This document shows, piece after piece, positions 1 to 13,325 of a stretch of 64,000 bases of DNA. Source of the DNA: Camelus dromedarius (lineage: Eukaryota); contig NC_087458.1 in the NCBI RefSeq assembly GCF_036321535.1, forward strand, positions 7,254,001 through 7,318,000, read 5' to 3'. A program made the translations under genes and the position numbers. Within the stretch, counting starts at the first letter, position 1, and each line of letters opens with the position of its first letter. The notes under the pieces are model-generated. The model was given only the letters and a program-made list of their open reading frames with translations, was not told the origin of the DNA and did no database searches.

Positions 1-595
1 CTTGGTATATACATTTCGGCACAGTATCATCTGAGGGTAAATAATATATAAATTACCAATGTTAGTAAAATATTAGGAGACAAAAAAAACAGAACAAAAC
101 GATGACTATCACTGCTAGTACACCACTTTCCTGTGGGGGGGGGGGGAATAAAAGAACCAGCTGGTTACCAAAAGGATGAGATAAGGATAACTACCAGGAA
201 CAGGTTGGTTCATGTCTCTGAGGATCACTGAGGTCCACTGTCTGGCCAGGGCACCAAAAGTCTTTCTTCTGAAGCCAAGGGATCAGTAAAGATCCTCATT
301 AGCCTATTCAGTCAAGTCATAACCTCTCACTCATGATGGGAATCATCTTCCCCCAATTTCTGGGCAATACAGGGGTGATGTTAAGGTAGTAACAATAAAT
401 CTGCTTATGATTGAACCCTGCATTGTTGTGGTTCTCTCAGACAGTTCTTTTGGTAATTCTAGGAAAGCAAAGGCAGAGGCATAGAAGGCTGTTGCGCAGC
501 CTGAAGAGCAGACTTCACTTTTAAAACACCTGCCTAGAAGGAGAAGCAGTCTTATTCAGAGGGACTGGCAGTAACAGGAAGCAGCATTTGCCTAC

Positions 596-780
596 CCTGG
601 TCAGATAAGCCTGAGCAAAGGCCAAATCCTTCTGCTCCCTGAGTGGGTCCCGCTCGAGGATGTCCTCATCATACAGCAACAGCAGCTTGGAGGTGTCCTT
701 GCTGGCCCTGGCACGGCTCCCCCGCTTGTTGCGAGCTCGATGATTGCTCCGGCCCTTTCCAGCAGCTTTGACGCTCTCTC
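596..780 (-). CDS. GON4L: GON4L exon 23 ([61 protein letters not shown]); gene continues off the left edge
   Basis: AAG acceptor at 781-783; donor AGG|GTAGGC; 185 nt, phase 1 to 0; peptide matches recalled GON4L just before the PAH domain. Confidence 0.9.
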
Positions 781-1263
781 CTTAGAGTACATGCGAAAAA
801 GACTGTTTCTCTGTCCCTGCAACCCCTACTCTTCCCACTCCACCAATGTACACCCTCCCATCAAAATCCTTCTCGATGTTATGGGGCAATTCAGGAGAAA
901 GGCTGTTGGAAAAATGGTATGAGAGGCACATCTGTCTTTGTGAGGAACAAGCAGTGTTTTCCAAAATAAACACAGCTCTTGGCCTCACATGTGACAGATG
1001 AATTAAGAACCAGTATAAAAATTTACGTGAACCAAATACAAATACAAAGCACCTGATGAGAGTCAAACTGAAAATTTCTGAGCACCGCTCCGCTACAATG
1101 GCACCAGGTTAAACACCTGTTCTGAGGAAGGGAGGCTGGCAGGAGGAGCCAGAGGATCTCCTCTGGAAACTGGCCACCTGGTTTACAAGCTAGCCACTCT
1201 GCACATGTCCCTCAGAAAATGGGGTCACTTGAGACCTGCCGAATACAGGCTTGCCCAACTCAC

Positions 1264-1519
1264 CTGGTGGGGTCCTGCTGGTCTCCACCTCTGGAGCAGT
1301 CTTGGGGGAGGCAAAGGTGGTAGGAGGCTTCTCGGCAGGGTCTCCAATCGCTTCGTCTGTCATTTCATCCTCTTTCTGCAGGCTTTCCATTCCTTCTGCT
1401 TCTTCTTCCTCTTCTTCCTCAGGCTCGGAGTTCTCTTCCTGGGAGTTCTCTTCCTCAGACTCACCCTCCTGGCTCATGCGCCTTTCAGATGCGAGCCAAG
1501 TCAGTTTCTCCATTGTTTC
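1264..1519 (-). CDS. GON4L: GON4L exon 22 ([24 protein letters not shown]...SRTPP)
   Basis: CAG acceptor; donor CCAG|GTGAGT; 256 nt, phase 0 to 1; lies in ORF 1190..1567. Confidence 0.95.
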
Positions 1520-1977
1520 CTGCAAACCACCCCCCAAAGAGTGATCATGAGGCCTGTAATGCCTCACCTAGCACTGACTGCAAAGAGCTTTTGAGGAGGA
1601 ACTGAGGTTAATCATTTGGAGCAAAGGACAGGAGGGAGCAGATGTGTTTTGAAAAGTCCATCTCTACCCTGAAGATAATCTTCCTTTGCCAGGGTCCATA
1701 CTTATGATCTATTTTTTTGATCATTTAAATTGTGCTCAGGTAATTCAATTCAAAGTTCAGATGAGTTTAAGTCAAGTATAATAAGTAAAATTTCACCCTG
1801 TGCCTCTCCTCTCACTTCAATCCTCAAATTCTGTCTCCTAATGCATTCAAAAGTCAAATAAAAATGATCTTAGGACTATGTCGAGTCTCTAGTCCAACAA
1901 GAGAACAGGTGAACTATCAGTAAATTAAACTTATTACTGAGTCCACAAAATACGTGAGAAGATTCCACAACTCTTAC

Positions 1978-3669
1978 CTGGAGTTCCGGGACAGACAGCA
2001 CAGATTCCTCAGAAGCTGATGACATCTCATCTTCCTCATCTTGCGTAAGGTCGTCAAAGTCCTCTTCTTCCTCTTCCTCTGGCCCATCCTTCTCTCCTCC
2101 AGTTTCTGGCCCAGCTGGGGTCCCCACTGACTGACCATCAGCGCTAGACAAGTCTTCGGGCTTCCCTGGGGGGCTGCTAAGCACCATGTCAGGGTCAGCG
2201 CAGGATGAAGCATTCTTTGGGGACCCTTTGCTCATTTCTCCCGAGTTTCCTCCATCAGCAGGCTCTTGAGAAGCTGAAGGGGCTTTAGCTGGTTGACTCC
2301 TCTCCTCCTCCTGCTGCAGGGCCGTCTGTATCTTCACCTCTCCAGCACCGCCTGACTCCTCACGTGGAAAGCCAGTGCCCAATTCCACACAGTGTTCCTC
2401 TTTGATTTCCTGTTCAGGGGATCCACCAGAGATTTCCTCCCAAGAGTCTTTAGGTTCCATCTTGACAATTACCTCTAAATCCCCAGGGGAAGAGTTTAGA
2501 GATTCTTGGATGCCCTGAGGCAGTGGTTCCATAGCCTGCCTCCCCTCCTCTGTTTTCACTATAGTCCAGCCATAGGAACTGCTGTCCGACAATTCTTCCT
2601 GGCACGCTCTGTCGGCCGGTGGAGGCCCTGGGCTGGGCTCCTCTTTGGGGAAGACAGCAGCACAGAGGGGAGAGAGTTCCTGAGGTTCTAATTTGGGTTC
2701 TAGGCCTTGAAAGGCATTTTTCCCCTCAGCCAAAGGACAACTGATGTCCACATTCACTTGGGCTTTCTCTTCAGGGGTGGATGGTACAGGAAGATTCACA
2801 GAGTTGCCAGAAACAATTAAGGGTGGGATAGAGGAGGCCACAAGAGGCTGGTTCAACGGACAGGGGAAGGAAGTGGGGTTAACTAAGAGGGTGGTGATGG
2901 GGATGGTCTGAGGACTCTGGGCCACAGCAGCATTCACAGGCTGGATCATGTTGCAGCCACTGCCAAGGCTCACAACCTTCACAGTGGTGGCAGGGACAGT
3001 GAAGATGACAGGTGCAGAGTGGAGGAGGGGGGCAGTCTTCAGACAGAGAGAGGTCTTGGCCCCCTTTCTCTTTGAGCCCCTCCTTTTCACACAGGGCTTT
3101 CGAAACTTAGAAGGACCAAGTGAGGGCAGCATTACCTTGGGCACAGGGGCAGAGGGGACCAGGGTCTGGGGCTCAATCAGAGGGAAGCTGGTCTTGGTGT
3201 CAGGGGGTGTAGCAGGCAGTGCTGCTGGAGTCTCAAAACTATCGCCCCCAGCGACCCCCGGCAGAGTGCCACCTGGCACTTTCTGTAAGACAGTGGCTGG
3301 CTGGATCATGTGAGGAATCCCGACCACCGTTTTGCTCGGAGGGGCTTCTGACTGAGTTGACCTAGCCGGTGTCTTCCCAGGGCCGGAGCTAGGTTGGAGA
3401 GAGGGGCTGGGTCTGATAAGGAGGGGCTTCAGGGCTGATGACCGCTTCTGTCTCCAGGCTTTCCTGGAAAAACGATTGGCAACTGGCTTCAGTTTCAGGA
3501 CTACACCCTTAGGCAGCAGCAGTGGGTACCGAGTTTCACTCCCCAGTTCTGAGCTGCCTTTTCCGAGGCCTGGGTCTGAGCTGATCTCCGTGGTTCCGGT
3601 CACATTTCCTACCTCTCTGGCACCATCAGCTATGAGCCGCAGCTCCTCTTGGATGGATGGCAGACTGGC
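1978..3669 (-). CDS. GON4L: GON4L exon 21, large exon ([10 protein letters not shown]...SVLSVPELQ)
   Basis: TAG acceptor at 3670-3672; donor CAG|GTAAGA; 1692 nt, open frame, phase 0-0; core of ORF 1876..3603. Confidence 0.95.
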
Positions 3670-4063
3670 CTATTGGGAACAAGAACACTCTGATGCAGCA
3701 CGTGCCAGAACTTGGTAAAAAATCATAGGGCTTTCGAGATGCAAAGGACCTTTTCAGGACAATCTCTAGACATCACTTCAAGAAGGATTTTTCTGCACAA
3801 GATCAAATGTCTACAAAGACTGCATTCCAACTGTATACTCTAGAAGCTCTTCCCTGAATCTCCTTTAGGAAACTATCATTTTAACCTTCATTTTTAAAAG
3901 GTTATAGAATCACCTGGGGGAAGAGTGGAGAAGGAGTAGAGGAAGGGTGACTGAAGATTTCTCAAGGCCTAGTTCTACAACCAAAGCATCAGAGGTGCAA
4001 AGTAGCCTTTGATGTTTCTGGTGACCTTCTGCTTCTGACACACTTTGAGGAGGAAGACTGTAC

Positions 4064-4180
4064 CTTTAACCAGAATGGAAGCCGGTGTTCTTCCCTTTCC
4101 ACAGGTGGCTTCCACTGATGTGGCTGGATCTCTTCACAGCACTTCATTAACACGGGCAGCTGTTTGGTCTTCTTATAAAA
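4064..4180 (-). CDS. GON4L: GON4L exon 20 ([39 protein letters not shown])
   Basis: CAG acceptor; AAG|GTACAG donor; 117 nt, phase 0-0. Confidence 0.95.
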
Positions 4181-4268
4181 CTGAGCATGAAGAAATAAAG
4201 CATGAGTTACATTCATTCCAGAAACAATGCCCTCTGTCCGGCTCGGGGGCGAGGTAGGCAGTGGTTTA

Positions 4269-4287
4269 ACACACACACACACACACA
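4269..4287 (-). repeat. (TG)9 dinucleotide tract in GON4L intron 19
   Basis: ACACACACACACACACACA on the plus strand. Confidence 0.9.
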
Positions 4288-7200
4288 TTCATCCATAAAA
4301 CAGATACATGAACAGCATGTGCTGAATGCTTCTGCATTTCAAATTAACTACTACCTAATTAATGAAGATTTTACAATTGCTCAGTATCTTCTGACGCTCT
4401 CCATTCTGGTCAGCAGGAAGGGAAAAATTTTAAGTCACAGAGAAAACAATGCAAATGGTCATTTAAAATTTCCTCCTGCTCAACAGATGCAATGAAAGTG
4501 ATTAACCTTCATCCTGGCCACATGGAAACTTCCTTTTAAGCAAATAATGGCGTGAAGGACATTAAAAGGGAAGGGAAAGAAGAACAGAGAGACTGAGGCA
4601 GTTCAGTTTTAAGAGTAAACAAAGGGAAACTGAACTTACACTGACAGTATGCACCCAATCATTCAACATTTGTTGAGTGTCTTCTGCTTCCCAGGCACCA
4701 TGCTACAAGCTGAACATACAAGTAAAGAAGCAATTCCTGCTCTCAAAGACCATACAGACTAATGGGAGAGACAACCAAGTAGACCAATAATAGCATTTTG
4801 TATCAAAAAGTATAAAGACGTGCACAAGAAAGTGACACACAACTCACAGCTGAACAATAAAGATTTCTCTGGAGCAGGCGCAACTATAGATGAATCTTAA
4901 CGGACACTCTGCTATATGAGGCAGAATATACTTCATGTTCATTATCATGGACATGTTTAATGAAGCACAAAGAGATGGTCTGGCCACAACAACTAAGGAA
5001 TGAGGAGAGACTTCAGGAGACAAGTCAGAGGCAGGCAGGACAGGCCATCTGTGCCATGCCAAGCAGTCTGAACCCTACGCTGAAGGATTACATGCAGGTG
5101 GCTATGGCAGCAACTCGCAGGACAGAATAAACGGGAGCCAGAATTAGACACCACTTAGAAAACCACTGCATTAATCCAGGTGTGACGGAGGCCTGAACTA
5201 GCCAGTGGGCACCCCAGCAGGAGACAGAAAACTGAGAACTTGGTGACAGACAATGGTGGTGATCAAGGAGGAGGAGTCGAGGAAACTCCTCAGTTAACGG
5301 GCTGAGAAAACAGCTAGGCAGTAACATCATTCCCAAAGAACAGATCAAAGAAGGGAGAGTGGGGGGAGGGGAGCGGCGGCAACAACTGGAAGGTGCAGAA
5401 GGAGACCCAAGTTCAGTGTGAGGAGTCAGTGAGGCAACCGAGGTGAGACTTCCTTTAAACAGGTGGTGACACTAAGCTGGAGCTCAGGAGAGAAATCTAG
5501 ACCAAAGATACAGATTTGAAAATCACAGAGACAGATAATCGCAAAAATCATGAAACTGGGCAAGACCACACACAGAATTTATCACGGAACACTGACGCTG
5601 AGGGGAGAGCGGGGCAGGAGTGCATGAAGGAGCAGCTTGAGGTAAGAGTCCTGGTATCACAGGACATCAGGGGACAGGAGTTTGAAGAAGGAATGAGTAA
5701 ACTACGGTTTTAACTGCAAAGTTAAATAGGATAAGAGCAGAAAAGAATCCACTCAGTGGCCAATTAGGAAATAATCTGAGATCTTTGTGGGGAGAACATC
5801 CACACTTCGACAGGTTCAACACTTAAGGGCTGACTTACTGTGAAAACAGGCAGCTTAAACGCATCCATTTGGCTTTGTCCCCTCTTAAAACCCCGTGAAA
5901 ACAAACAAACAAAAAAGGAATTTTTTAAAAGGTAAAAGCCTACAAAGAGAGAGAAAATGAGAGAAAAGATAAAAGCAACACAAATTTCAAAGCTAAAAAG
6001 ACATGTTGCCATAAAATTGTAAAACACTGGAGAAAAGGAAAAATCCTACTTGTTGCCAGAGGGACACAAAAAAAAGAGATATCACACAAAGGTCCAAGAG
6101 ACCAAAGGGCACCAAATTCCTAAACAGCCAGCACTAGAAACTACAAGAAAATGGAGCAAGGCCCTTAAAATTTTCTAATAAAGTGATTTTCAACCTAGTG
6201 TTTAAACCCACAGAAGTGGGAGATCCAAATACAGACATATTTCAAACTTCTGATTCTGAATAATTAGAGATTCACAGCAAGTTGCAAAAATAGTACAGAC
6301 CGGTCTTATGTGTCCTTCACCCAGTTTCCCCCAGTGGTAAGATCTTAAGTCGCCTAGTAACAACACTTACACACACAAACCAGGCATCCAGTCAACTAGG
6401 AAACTGACTCTGGTCATGTCATGTTATGACAGACCCTGAATACAGTTTAACTCTAAAAATGTGTTTCTCAAGCGCTCTTCCTCAGAATGCTACTAGGATG
6501 TGCTCCACTAAAACAAGGAAGTAAAGCAGACATAGGGTTCAGAATTAAGAGGATCCAACACAAGTAAGAGGCAAAATGAGTCCCCAGGATGATGGGGCAG
6601 AAAAAGCCCAAGAAGACATCAGGGCCACAAGCCTAGAGAGCAACCTGGGTAGAGCGGAACAGCCTCACAGGGCTCTGGGAAGCATTTCTTCAGGAGGATG
6701 AAGAAGACAGCAAAACACCTAAAATATCTGAACACACTGAAAACAGATTTAGAAAACTGAAGTCGACTTTAATGTTGAACGGGTACAAATACATAATAAG
6801 ATCAAGTCCCACCAACCCTCCAAAAATGCAATTTTAACTCCACGAGAAACAAAATATTCATCAGGAAAAGCAAAGTAATCATGATACACTACACAGCTCA
6901 GCTGTGGGAAAATTTACATAGTATTCATCATGGAAACTCCAAATACAATCTAGCCAAAATTGTGATATAATTACAGTGAGAAAATTGGACCTTCCACGGT
7001 TTACATTTAATAAATAAAACCTAAATCCATAACATCAAATAACAATTATAAGAATGCTATCTGGATGTGAAGTTCAATATGCCATCCCCTCAAAAACCTT
7101 GGTTAGCAGGAAGTAGGGAGGAAAATACTGGTTTTCATGACAAGCCTCAAAGAACCATCTGACTCTTTAAACTGTTTCAACTATTTGCCTCTTTAAAGTG

Positions 7201-7574
7201 TACACTTTTATGACTTTGACATAAATATTTAAATAAAAAGAGTTAAGGAGAAGGATAAAGTGGCTGCTGCCTGTCCTTTGAAGAAGGTTAGAGTGAAAAA
7301 AGAAAGAGTGAATGGCTAGAGGGAAACAGGTTTGAGAAATATTAAAAAATATGAACCATTGTATATTTAGGGGCAATATCCATAACTAAGGAAGAAGACG
7401 ACACTTCACAGGAAAAGAATGGATCACTGTCCCTGAAAGGCAAGAGGGTGATTAATCCACTGTGCAGGTGGGAAGAATTAGCCTCAGCTAAAAGCCTATT
7501 CATTGTGACCAAGAAGAAAACCGAATGGCTGCACCTCGCCGAGGTACCCAGGGGCGCATGCAGGAAGCACTTAC

Positions 7575-7725
7575 TTTAATGATGTTGTCAGGAGCTCTTT
7601 TCATGTTGAGGTTCTTGATTCTCATTGTCAGTTGGTGTGCAGTCTTGCAAGTGAGAAGGTACTTGCTGATGAGAAGCTTAGGAAACTCAGTCCCTTCGAA
7701 GTGCTTTAGCCCTAAAGCTAACAAA
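7575..7725 (-). CDS. GON4L: GON4L exon 19 ([24 protein letters not shown]...PDNIIK)
   Basis: CAG acceptor; AAA|GTAAGT donor; 151 nt, phase 2 to 0. Confidence 0.95.
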
Positions 7726-8872
7726 CTGAGAAAGGAGCAATGACACTCAGTCACAGTCCACAGTCCACCCTGCTGAGAAGCCTCCCAGACGAACTCCATC
7801 CACATCCCATAATGCACTTTTTCTGCGTCTAATTCTTGTACAACTTAATGGCAAGTCCACAGAAAATTTCAGGTATTTACTGAGCGCTACTAAGTACTGT
7901 ACGAGTAAGACTCCATGGGGAGTGCACAATCAGGTGGGAAGAGGAAACGCTAAGCGTAAATCCCTCACAAGTATCGGGACATGATGCGCTTTATACTCAT
8001 AATATAAGTGAAGTTTGAAAGGAAGGAGAATAATTCTAATAAACAAATAAAAAATGAATAACGGGCACCACATCAGGCACATTAAATCGGCACCAACACT
8101 ACCTCCCAACAAAACATTCAATCACCGTTACGCGTGTATGTGTGCTCATGGCGGTGCGGCCGTGCATATCAAGAGCTATAAAAGTGGTCACGACCTTTAT
8201 CCAATAATCTCACTCTTGAGAATTTACCCAAAGGGATAAACTCAAAAGATTTTTAAAGGCTCTACACACGAAGATCGTGGGGAAGCCTCATTTACAGCTA
8301 AAACAACCGGGGGTGGGGGAGTGGCAAATTAAAAGACTATCTCAGGGCCATTAGTATTTAAATATTAATCATAGGGCTTTAAAAGACAATATACGGAAAC
8401 AAACAAACAAAAGGACAAAATTAAAGCACAGAACACAGGAAAACAATTTCAAGAAGACGTTAGGTTAGAAAAAGCAAATCCAAAGTACACTTAAGTTGCC
8501 CATAATTACGTAAGACGCACAAAAAAAGAAAAAATCATTCATCTTGGGGTGATTTAGGATAATGGATCAAAAAATTGCTTTCTTTTGAAATATTTCCTCT
8601 AACATTATTATGAAGTTAGTTTTTACAATAAATGAAAGAAACCATTTAAAATGTTTCAAAAATGCGCATGTCATTCCCTCAAAGAGCAGGGTTTGGCACT
8701 GCTGCAACAGGCACACACAGAGATCTGTGCCCATCTACACTGCTTTCCTTCTGGTCCTGTGCACCCAGTCTTTATTATACATGCCTTATTACCCCTAAGC
8801 TCCTCAAAAAAAAGAACTCGGTCTTCTCCTTGGGATATTTCGTGCTTTTGTTCCCTTACTATAAATCCTTAC

Positions 8873-9017
8873 TTGTCCTCAGCCTTGGTGAAGAAACTCT
8901 TATCCTGGGGATTCTTTGCCTTCAGAGAACACACTGGAAGTAGCTCTGGATACATGAAAACCTTGCTTGTGGCTAGGGTCCAAGCTACTTGCTTTGGCAA
9001 ACAGGGAAATTCATAGG
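8873..9017 (-). CDS. GON4L: GON4L exon 18 ([47 protein letters not shown])
   Basis: CAG acceptor; AA|GTAAGG donor; 145 nt, phase 1 to 2. Confidence 0.95.
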
Positions 9018-10465
9018 CTGTAAGGAAAAAAATCTGTGATAAATGACATTCTGTAACAAAAGAGGGCTTCACAAAAGCTCTGAATCTGTTTTTGCATTTA
9101 GATAGAGCTGCCCCTACCTAACTCGGTGCCCTCCCACCCAAAGTTTCCATAGTCTTTCTCAGTCTAACATACACCTTCTGAAAGAAGTCCCATTCACTGT
9201 TATTAAAAGTTCATTCTCTTATTCTTTCCTAGGTGGAACACTTAACACACTAAGTAATATAAATGCTTACAAAGCACCTTGTAATACCTGGCACACAGTG
9301 TATGCTCAACAAATTTTTACCTCCTTCCCCCTTTAAATCCTTGAAAGTTAAGTGACCTTCAGCGATTCTTTCTTCCAGGATAAGATTCCAACTTCTTTAA
9401 TCTACCTCACAAACCTGGTACTCCAAATTTTATTTGATTTGGCTCTTACTTAACTTTCATTAAGTTCTCCTACATTCCTCCTGAGGTTCTCATCAAAAAG
9501 CCATAAAAAGAATGAGACAATTCAGTCTCATTCATTTCTGTCTTGCTGTCTAAGCCTCTCAATTCCAGGCACTTCTGCTTTTCCAGAGTTAAGCACTATA
9601 ATATCCATTATGTGTGCTTCCATAAGTGTTACCTTTATATACCCAGAAGAAAAACACAGGGTGCTCTATGTGTAAGTTATTACTATAAGTTCAGTGTTAA
9701 GTTTTCATTACCAACATATAACTAATAAAGTAGTTGGAGATCAGTGTCCATGACTTAACGCACCAAAATCCAACTATATTCAATTTAATTGGAAGAGTCA
9801 GGAATTTAAAATCAAGTCCAAAGACAAACCCAAATCCAGAGCAAACCACAACTAATTTGCTGAACCATGAAACAAATCAGAAGCAAATACCTGGTTTAAA
9901 AAAACAGCAGATATTTTCTCAAAAAATACTAAACCAATGCAAGGTAAAAACCAAAGCTGCATAAACATTTCTTTAAAATACTGAACGCGGCAAATGTACA
10001 TCATCTCTAATTTGTTCCTACCTCCCAAATCAACATGTCACTCAAAATGGAGATGTCACTACAATCATTACAGGAAATAAAATGATCCTAATAAAGAAGA
10101 GAGTAAAAGCCTAAACACAACCTGACTTTACCACCTGACTTCCATCTTTATCAGTCTGTCTTGACCTGACGCCTAATGCTTACCCTCACATCTAAGTCCA
10201 AACCTTAGCACCGAGTGCCACCTCTCTACCCTCCACAGCCGTGTCCTGTCCACTGCCTCCATCCCTTACTTAAGTCCTAGTATTATCATCTAATTCTAGA
10301 ACTTGGATAATGAGCACAGAGGGAGGATACAAGACAGAAGGAAGAAATTACAAATATCCTATCTCCTCCAACCTCAGGAAACTATCCTTAAGAAACTATC
10401 TGCGGGCTAAGACTCCCACTTCTCCTTGTAAGTTAAAACTTCAAGCGGACACATCTGCCCCCTAC

Positions 10466-10637
10466 CGGTCTTCTTGACAGTTTTACGAGGACTCCAGTCA
10501 ACGCTGACATGTGTGTTGAAGTCTTCAATGAGCTGCATAGCTCCCATCAGGTTACAGGGTTGGAACAAGGTCTGAAACTTGGGGTTGAATTGATGATGAA
10601 GGGCGATGGAGCTTTGAGCAAAGGTTCCCAGCTCTTT
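10466..10637 (-). CDS. GON4L: GON4L exon 17 ([40 protein letters not shown]...VKKT)
   Basis: CAG acceptor; G|GTAGGG donor; 172 nt, phase 0 to 1; found by manual translation. Confidence 0.93.
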
Positions 10638-11586
10638 CTGGGAAAACAGGACACAAAGGAAATCTAAGTTTCAGACAATTAATACCAGCAGCCCTTAGCC
10701 TCTGAGTGAAAAACTGTCCTTCCTATAACAGGATAGAAACAAGTAAAATTCATCATAAAGTCTTTCACAATTAACATTATTCTATTAAGACCGCTCTTTT
10801 GCTAAGTCCTTAGAAATTCGGGGATTTGTGAAGCACTAATTTGTTCTTGTTTTATTCTCAGTCTGAGTGTTCCTCAGCCTTTTGGACATACGACGTAGGC
10901 CCCCAACTAGAATTAAGGTTCTCAAGAATGAGAGCCATTACTTAAAATAGAAAAATAAAAGAGAGAAAAGAAATTGTTTTGGGTTTCTCTGAATAACACC
11001 TAGAACAAAGTACTTCTCATGATCCTCTGAACAATCTGAGACGGAGATACACCATGCTGACTATCCAAGGACGCTTAGACTACTAGCCAACATACTCCTC
11101 AAACTCCAAAAAGACTTACCCAAGAGGCAAAGAATATCATCTTTACGAGCCCTGAAGTTCAGGGGCAGTTTTTATAGAATTTAAAATTTTGAAATTAAAA
11201 GACCTCCCTCCAAAAGATTTCAAAATGTCATGAGCGATATTAATTTTATACATAAAACACTGATAGGATCCTTATAAATATTTAATAAATTCAATAAAAA
11301 GAACAGAAGTACTAAAAAACCTAAGATGGGTAGCTCTAAAGGTGAGGAAGAGAACCGAACGAAAAAGTAAGAGGGATTGTCTAAAGAAAACTGAATACAC
11401 TCTCCATCCTTTCATGGAAATCAGTGGCTTACGTTCACTCAGCAAACGCAGGAGCCATACAAACAGCTACCAAAACATGCAGGAAAGAAGAATAAATGTA
11501 GCTTATGATGGGGAAGAGCTGTGAGAATGACTTCCAAACTAACTGCATACTCAATTCCTTAGAGTTAGGGATATTTGAAACCTTAC

Positions 11587-11673
11587 AAGAAATATCTTTG
11601 TGGTACTGGCCTCCGAACTGAGACTGGGGTTGGAGGTGGCGAGAAGGTGAATTTGCGTCAAGAGTTGAACATG
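11587..11673 (-). CDS. GON4L: GON4L exon 16 ([29 protein letters not shown])
   Basis: CAG acceptor after polypyrimidine tract; CTT|GTAAGG donor; 87 nt, phase 0-0. Confidence 0.93.
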
Positions 11674-12202
11674 CTGGAGAGGGAAAGAAAATAATACAGT
11701 GATGTGTTATGATGTTGTCATTTCAGGAACTCAGAAGACCATACTAAGATGTAAGCACTTTTATCATATATGTTTTGCTTTCTAGAGAGACTATGAGAAC
11801 AACACAGTATCTTGGTATGAAGTTTTTTCTCAGATATGTTCCCCTTGAGCAAAATAACAGAACCAGAGGAAGTTTAACCTCAAGCCAGAGGGACTTAGAT
11901 TAGAAAGAAGAAAAAACTACTCTGGCAGTAAGGCTGTTAAATTTAGAAGGGATTGCTAAAGATTCTTTGAAATCTGTAATTCTGAATACTTTCAGGGTGC
12001 TTGCATGCACTCTTACGTGAGCCATAAGGACACGAACATGATAACCTTTCAAGATCCTAACGGATGATGTGAAGATCCTGTGGTCTGTGGTTTCCATGGT
12101 TATTAAGACACCTATTTCTGACTTTTGTAAACCTGCTAATTTTTGGCTTCAGAGTCAAGCCAATGGATGATCCAGCATTAACATTACAGAGAAGAGTCTC
12201 AC

Positions 12203-12404
12203 CTGTTGCATCTGCTGCTGGAGTCTCCTCCTCTGTGCTGGGTCTAGAATCAGAGTCTGATGAACTTTCTCACTCTGGGGCTTAACCCTGTCTACTACCT
12301 CCTGCTGCTGTTTGGCTGAAGATTTCTTCATCTTCGGCTGTTCAAGTAGCTCCTTCACTGTGCGATGCTGCTCATTTAGCAAGTTGGCCAGTGGTTCCTC
12401 AAAC
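12203..12404 (-). CDS. GON4L: GON4L exon 15 ([20 protein letters not shown]...RLQQQMQQ)
   Basis: TAG acceptor; CAG|GTGAGA donor; 202 nt, phase 2 to 0. Confidence 0.95.
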
Positions 12405-13097
12405 CTACCCTCAAAAGGAGATGACTGAATGTGAGTATTTCCCTAGGTCCACAACACATCCAATTCCTTCTAATGGTGGACTAAGAGAGTATGAATGACT
12501 TCCATCTACTCACTTGCCTAAATATGAACACGTTATCATAACCCCAAATCCATTCTTGCTGATGAATCCATTTTCCCACTGGAACCATTCTCAACCCATC
12601 AGTCAAACTAGAGGCACAGACTCATCTTTGATTCTCTGTTTTGCTCTTCCCCACATGTGACCTGGCACCAAGATCTGACCACGCTTCTAGAGGAGCAGCT
12701 CTGGAACCTTCCACTTCTCTCCTCCGCCACCGCCATTGCTCTAGTAGAGCTCCCTGTTATCGTTCACCTAGACTTAACCCCAGCTGCTTTTCTGGGCTCC
12801 AGAGATTTCCATCCTCCCAACTCCGCTTCTTCAGGGGATGGCTAATCTCTAGATTTCACTTTAGTCAACAGACAAACTCCTAGCCTATACAAATCTTCTC
12901 CCAAAGTTGTTAGCATAGATTCAAATAAGATGATTTCAAATTGTCCCCTTCTAAAATCATTCCTGTAAATAATATACAAATGAAGGGGACAATAAACAAA
13001 AATCTAAGAGCAGGGAAATGTCTGCATTCAAGGAGCTACTGGGAACCCATCATTTCTGCATCACACTGATATCTACTTTAATATAGGACTTGTTCTT

Positions 13098-13325
13098 TTT
13101 TTAATTTATTTTTTTAATTGAAGTACCATCAGTTACAATGTGTCAATTTCTGGTGTACAGCACAATGTCCCAGTTGTGCATATACATACATATATTTGTT
13201 TTCATATTTTTTTTTATTAAAGGTTATTACAAGATATTGAACATAGTTCCCTGTGTTATACAGCAGAAACTGTTTTTTAAATCTATTTTTATATATAGTG
13301 GCTAACATTTGTAAATCTCAAACTG
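13098..13325 (-). mobile_element. 5'-truncated lineage-specific L1 3' end
   Basis: T-rich tail on plus strand; L1 3'UTR-like sequence; near-identical TSD GGACTTGTTCTT / GGACTTCTTCTT. Confidence 0.7.

Noticed and set aside
1876-3603. ORF-track ends of long ORFs (1876..3603, 50646..51254, 60936..61958, 28849..29175)
   Set aside because: They run past GT donors or AG acceptors into introns; the exon boundaries given above are better supported.
1205-3718. Plus-strand ORFs of 60-130 aa antisense to GON4L exons 21-22
   Set aside because: They are shadow frames of a low-complexity coding exon, with no splice or promoter support and no recognisable protein.
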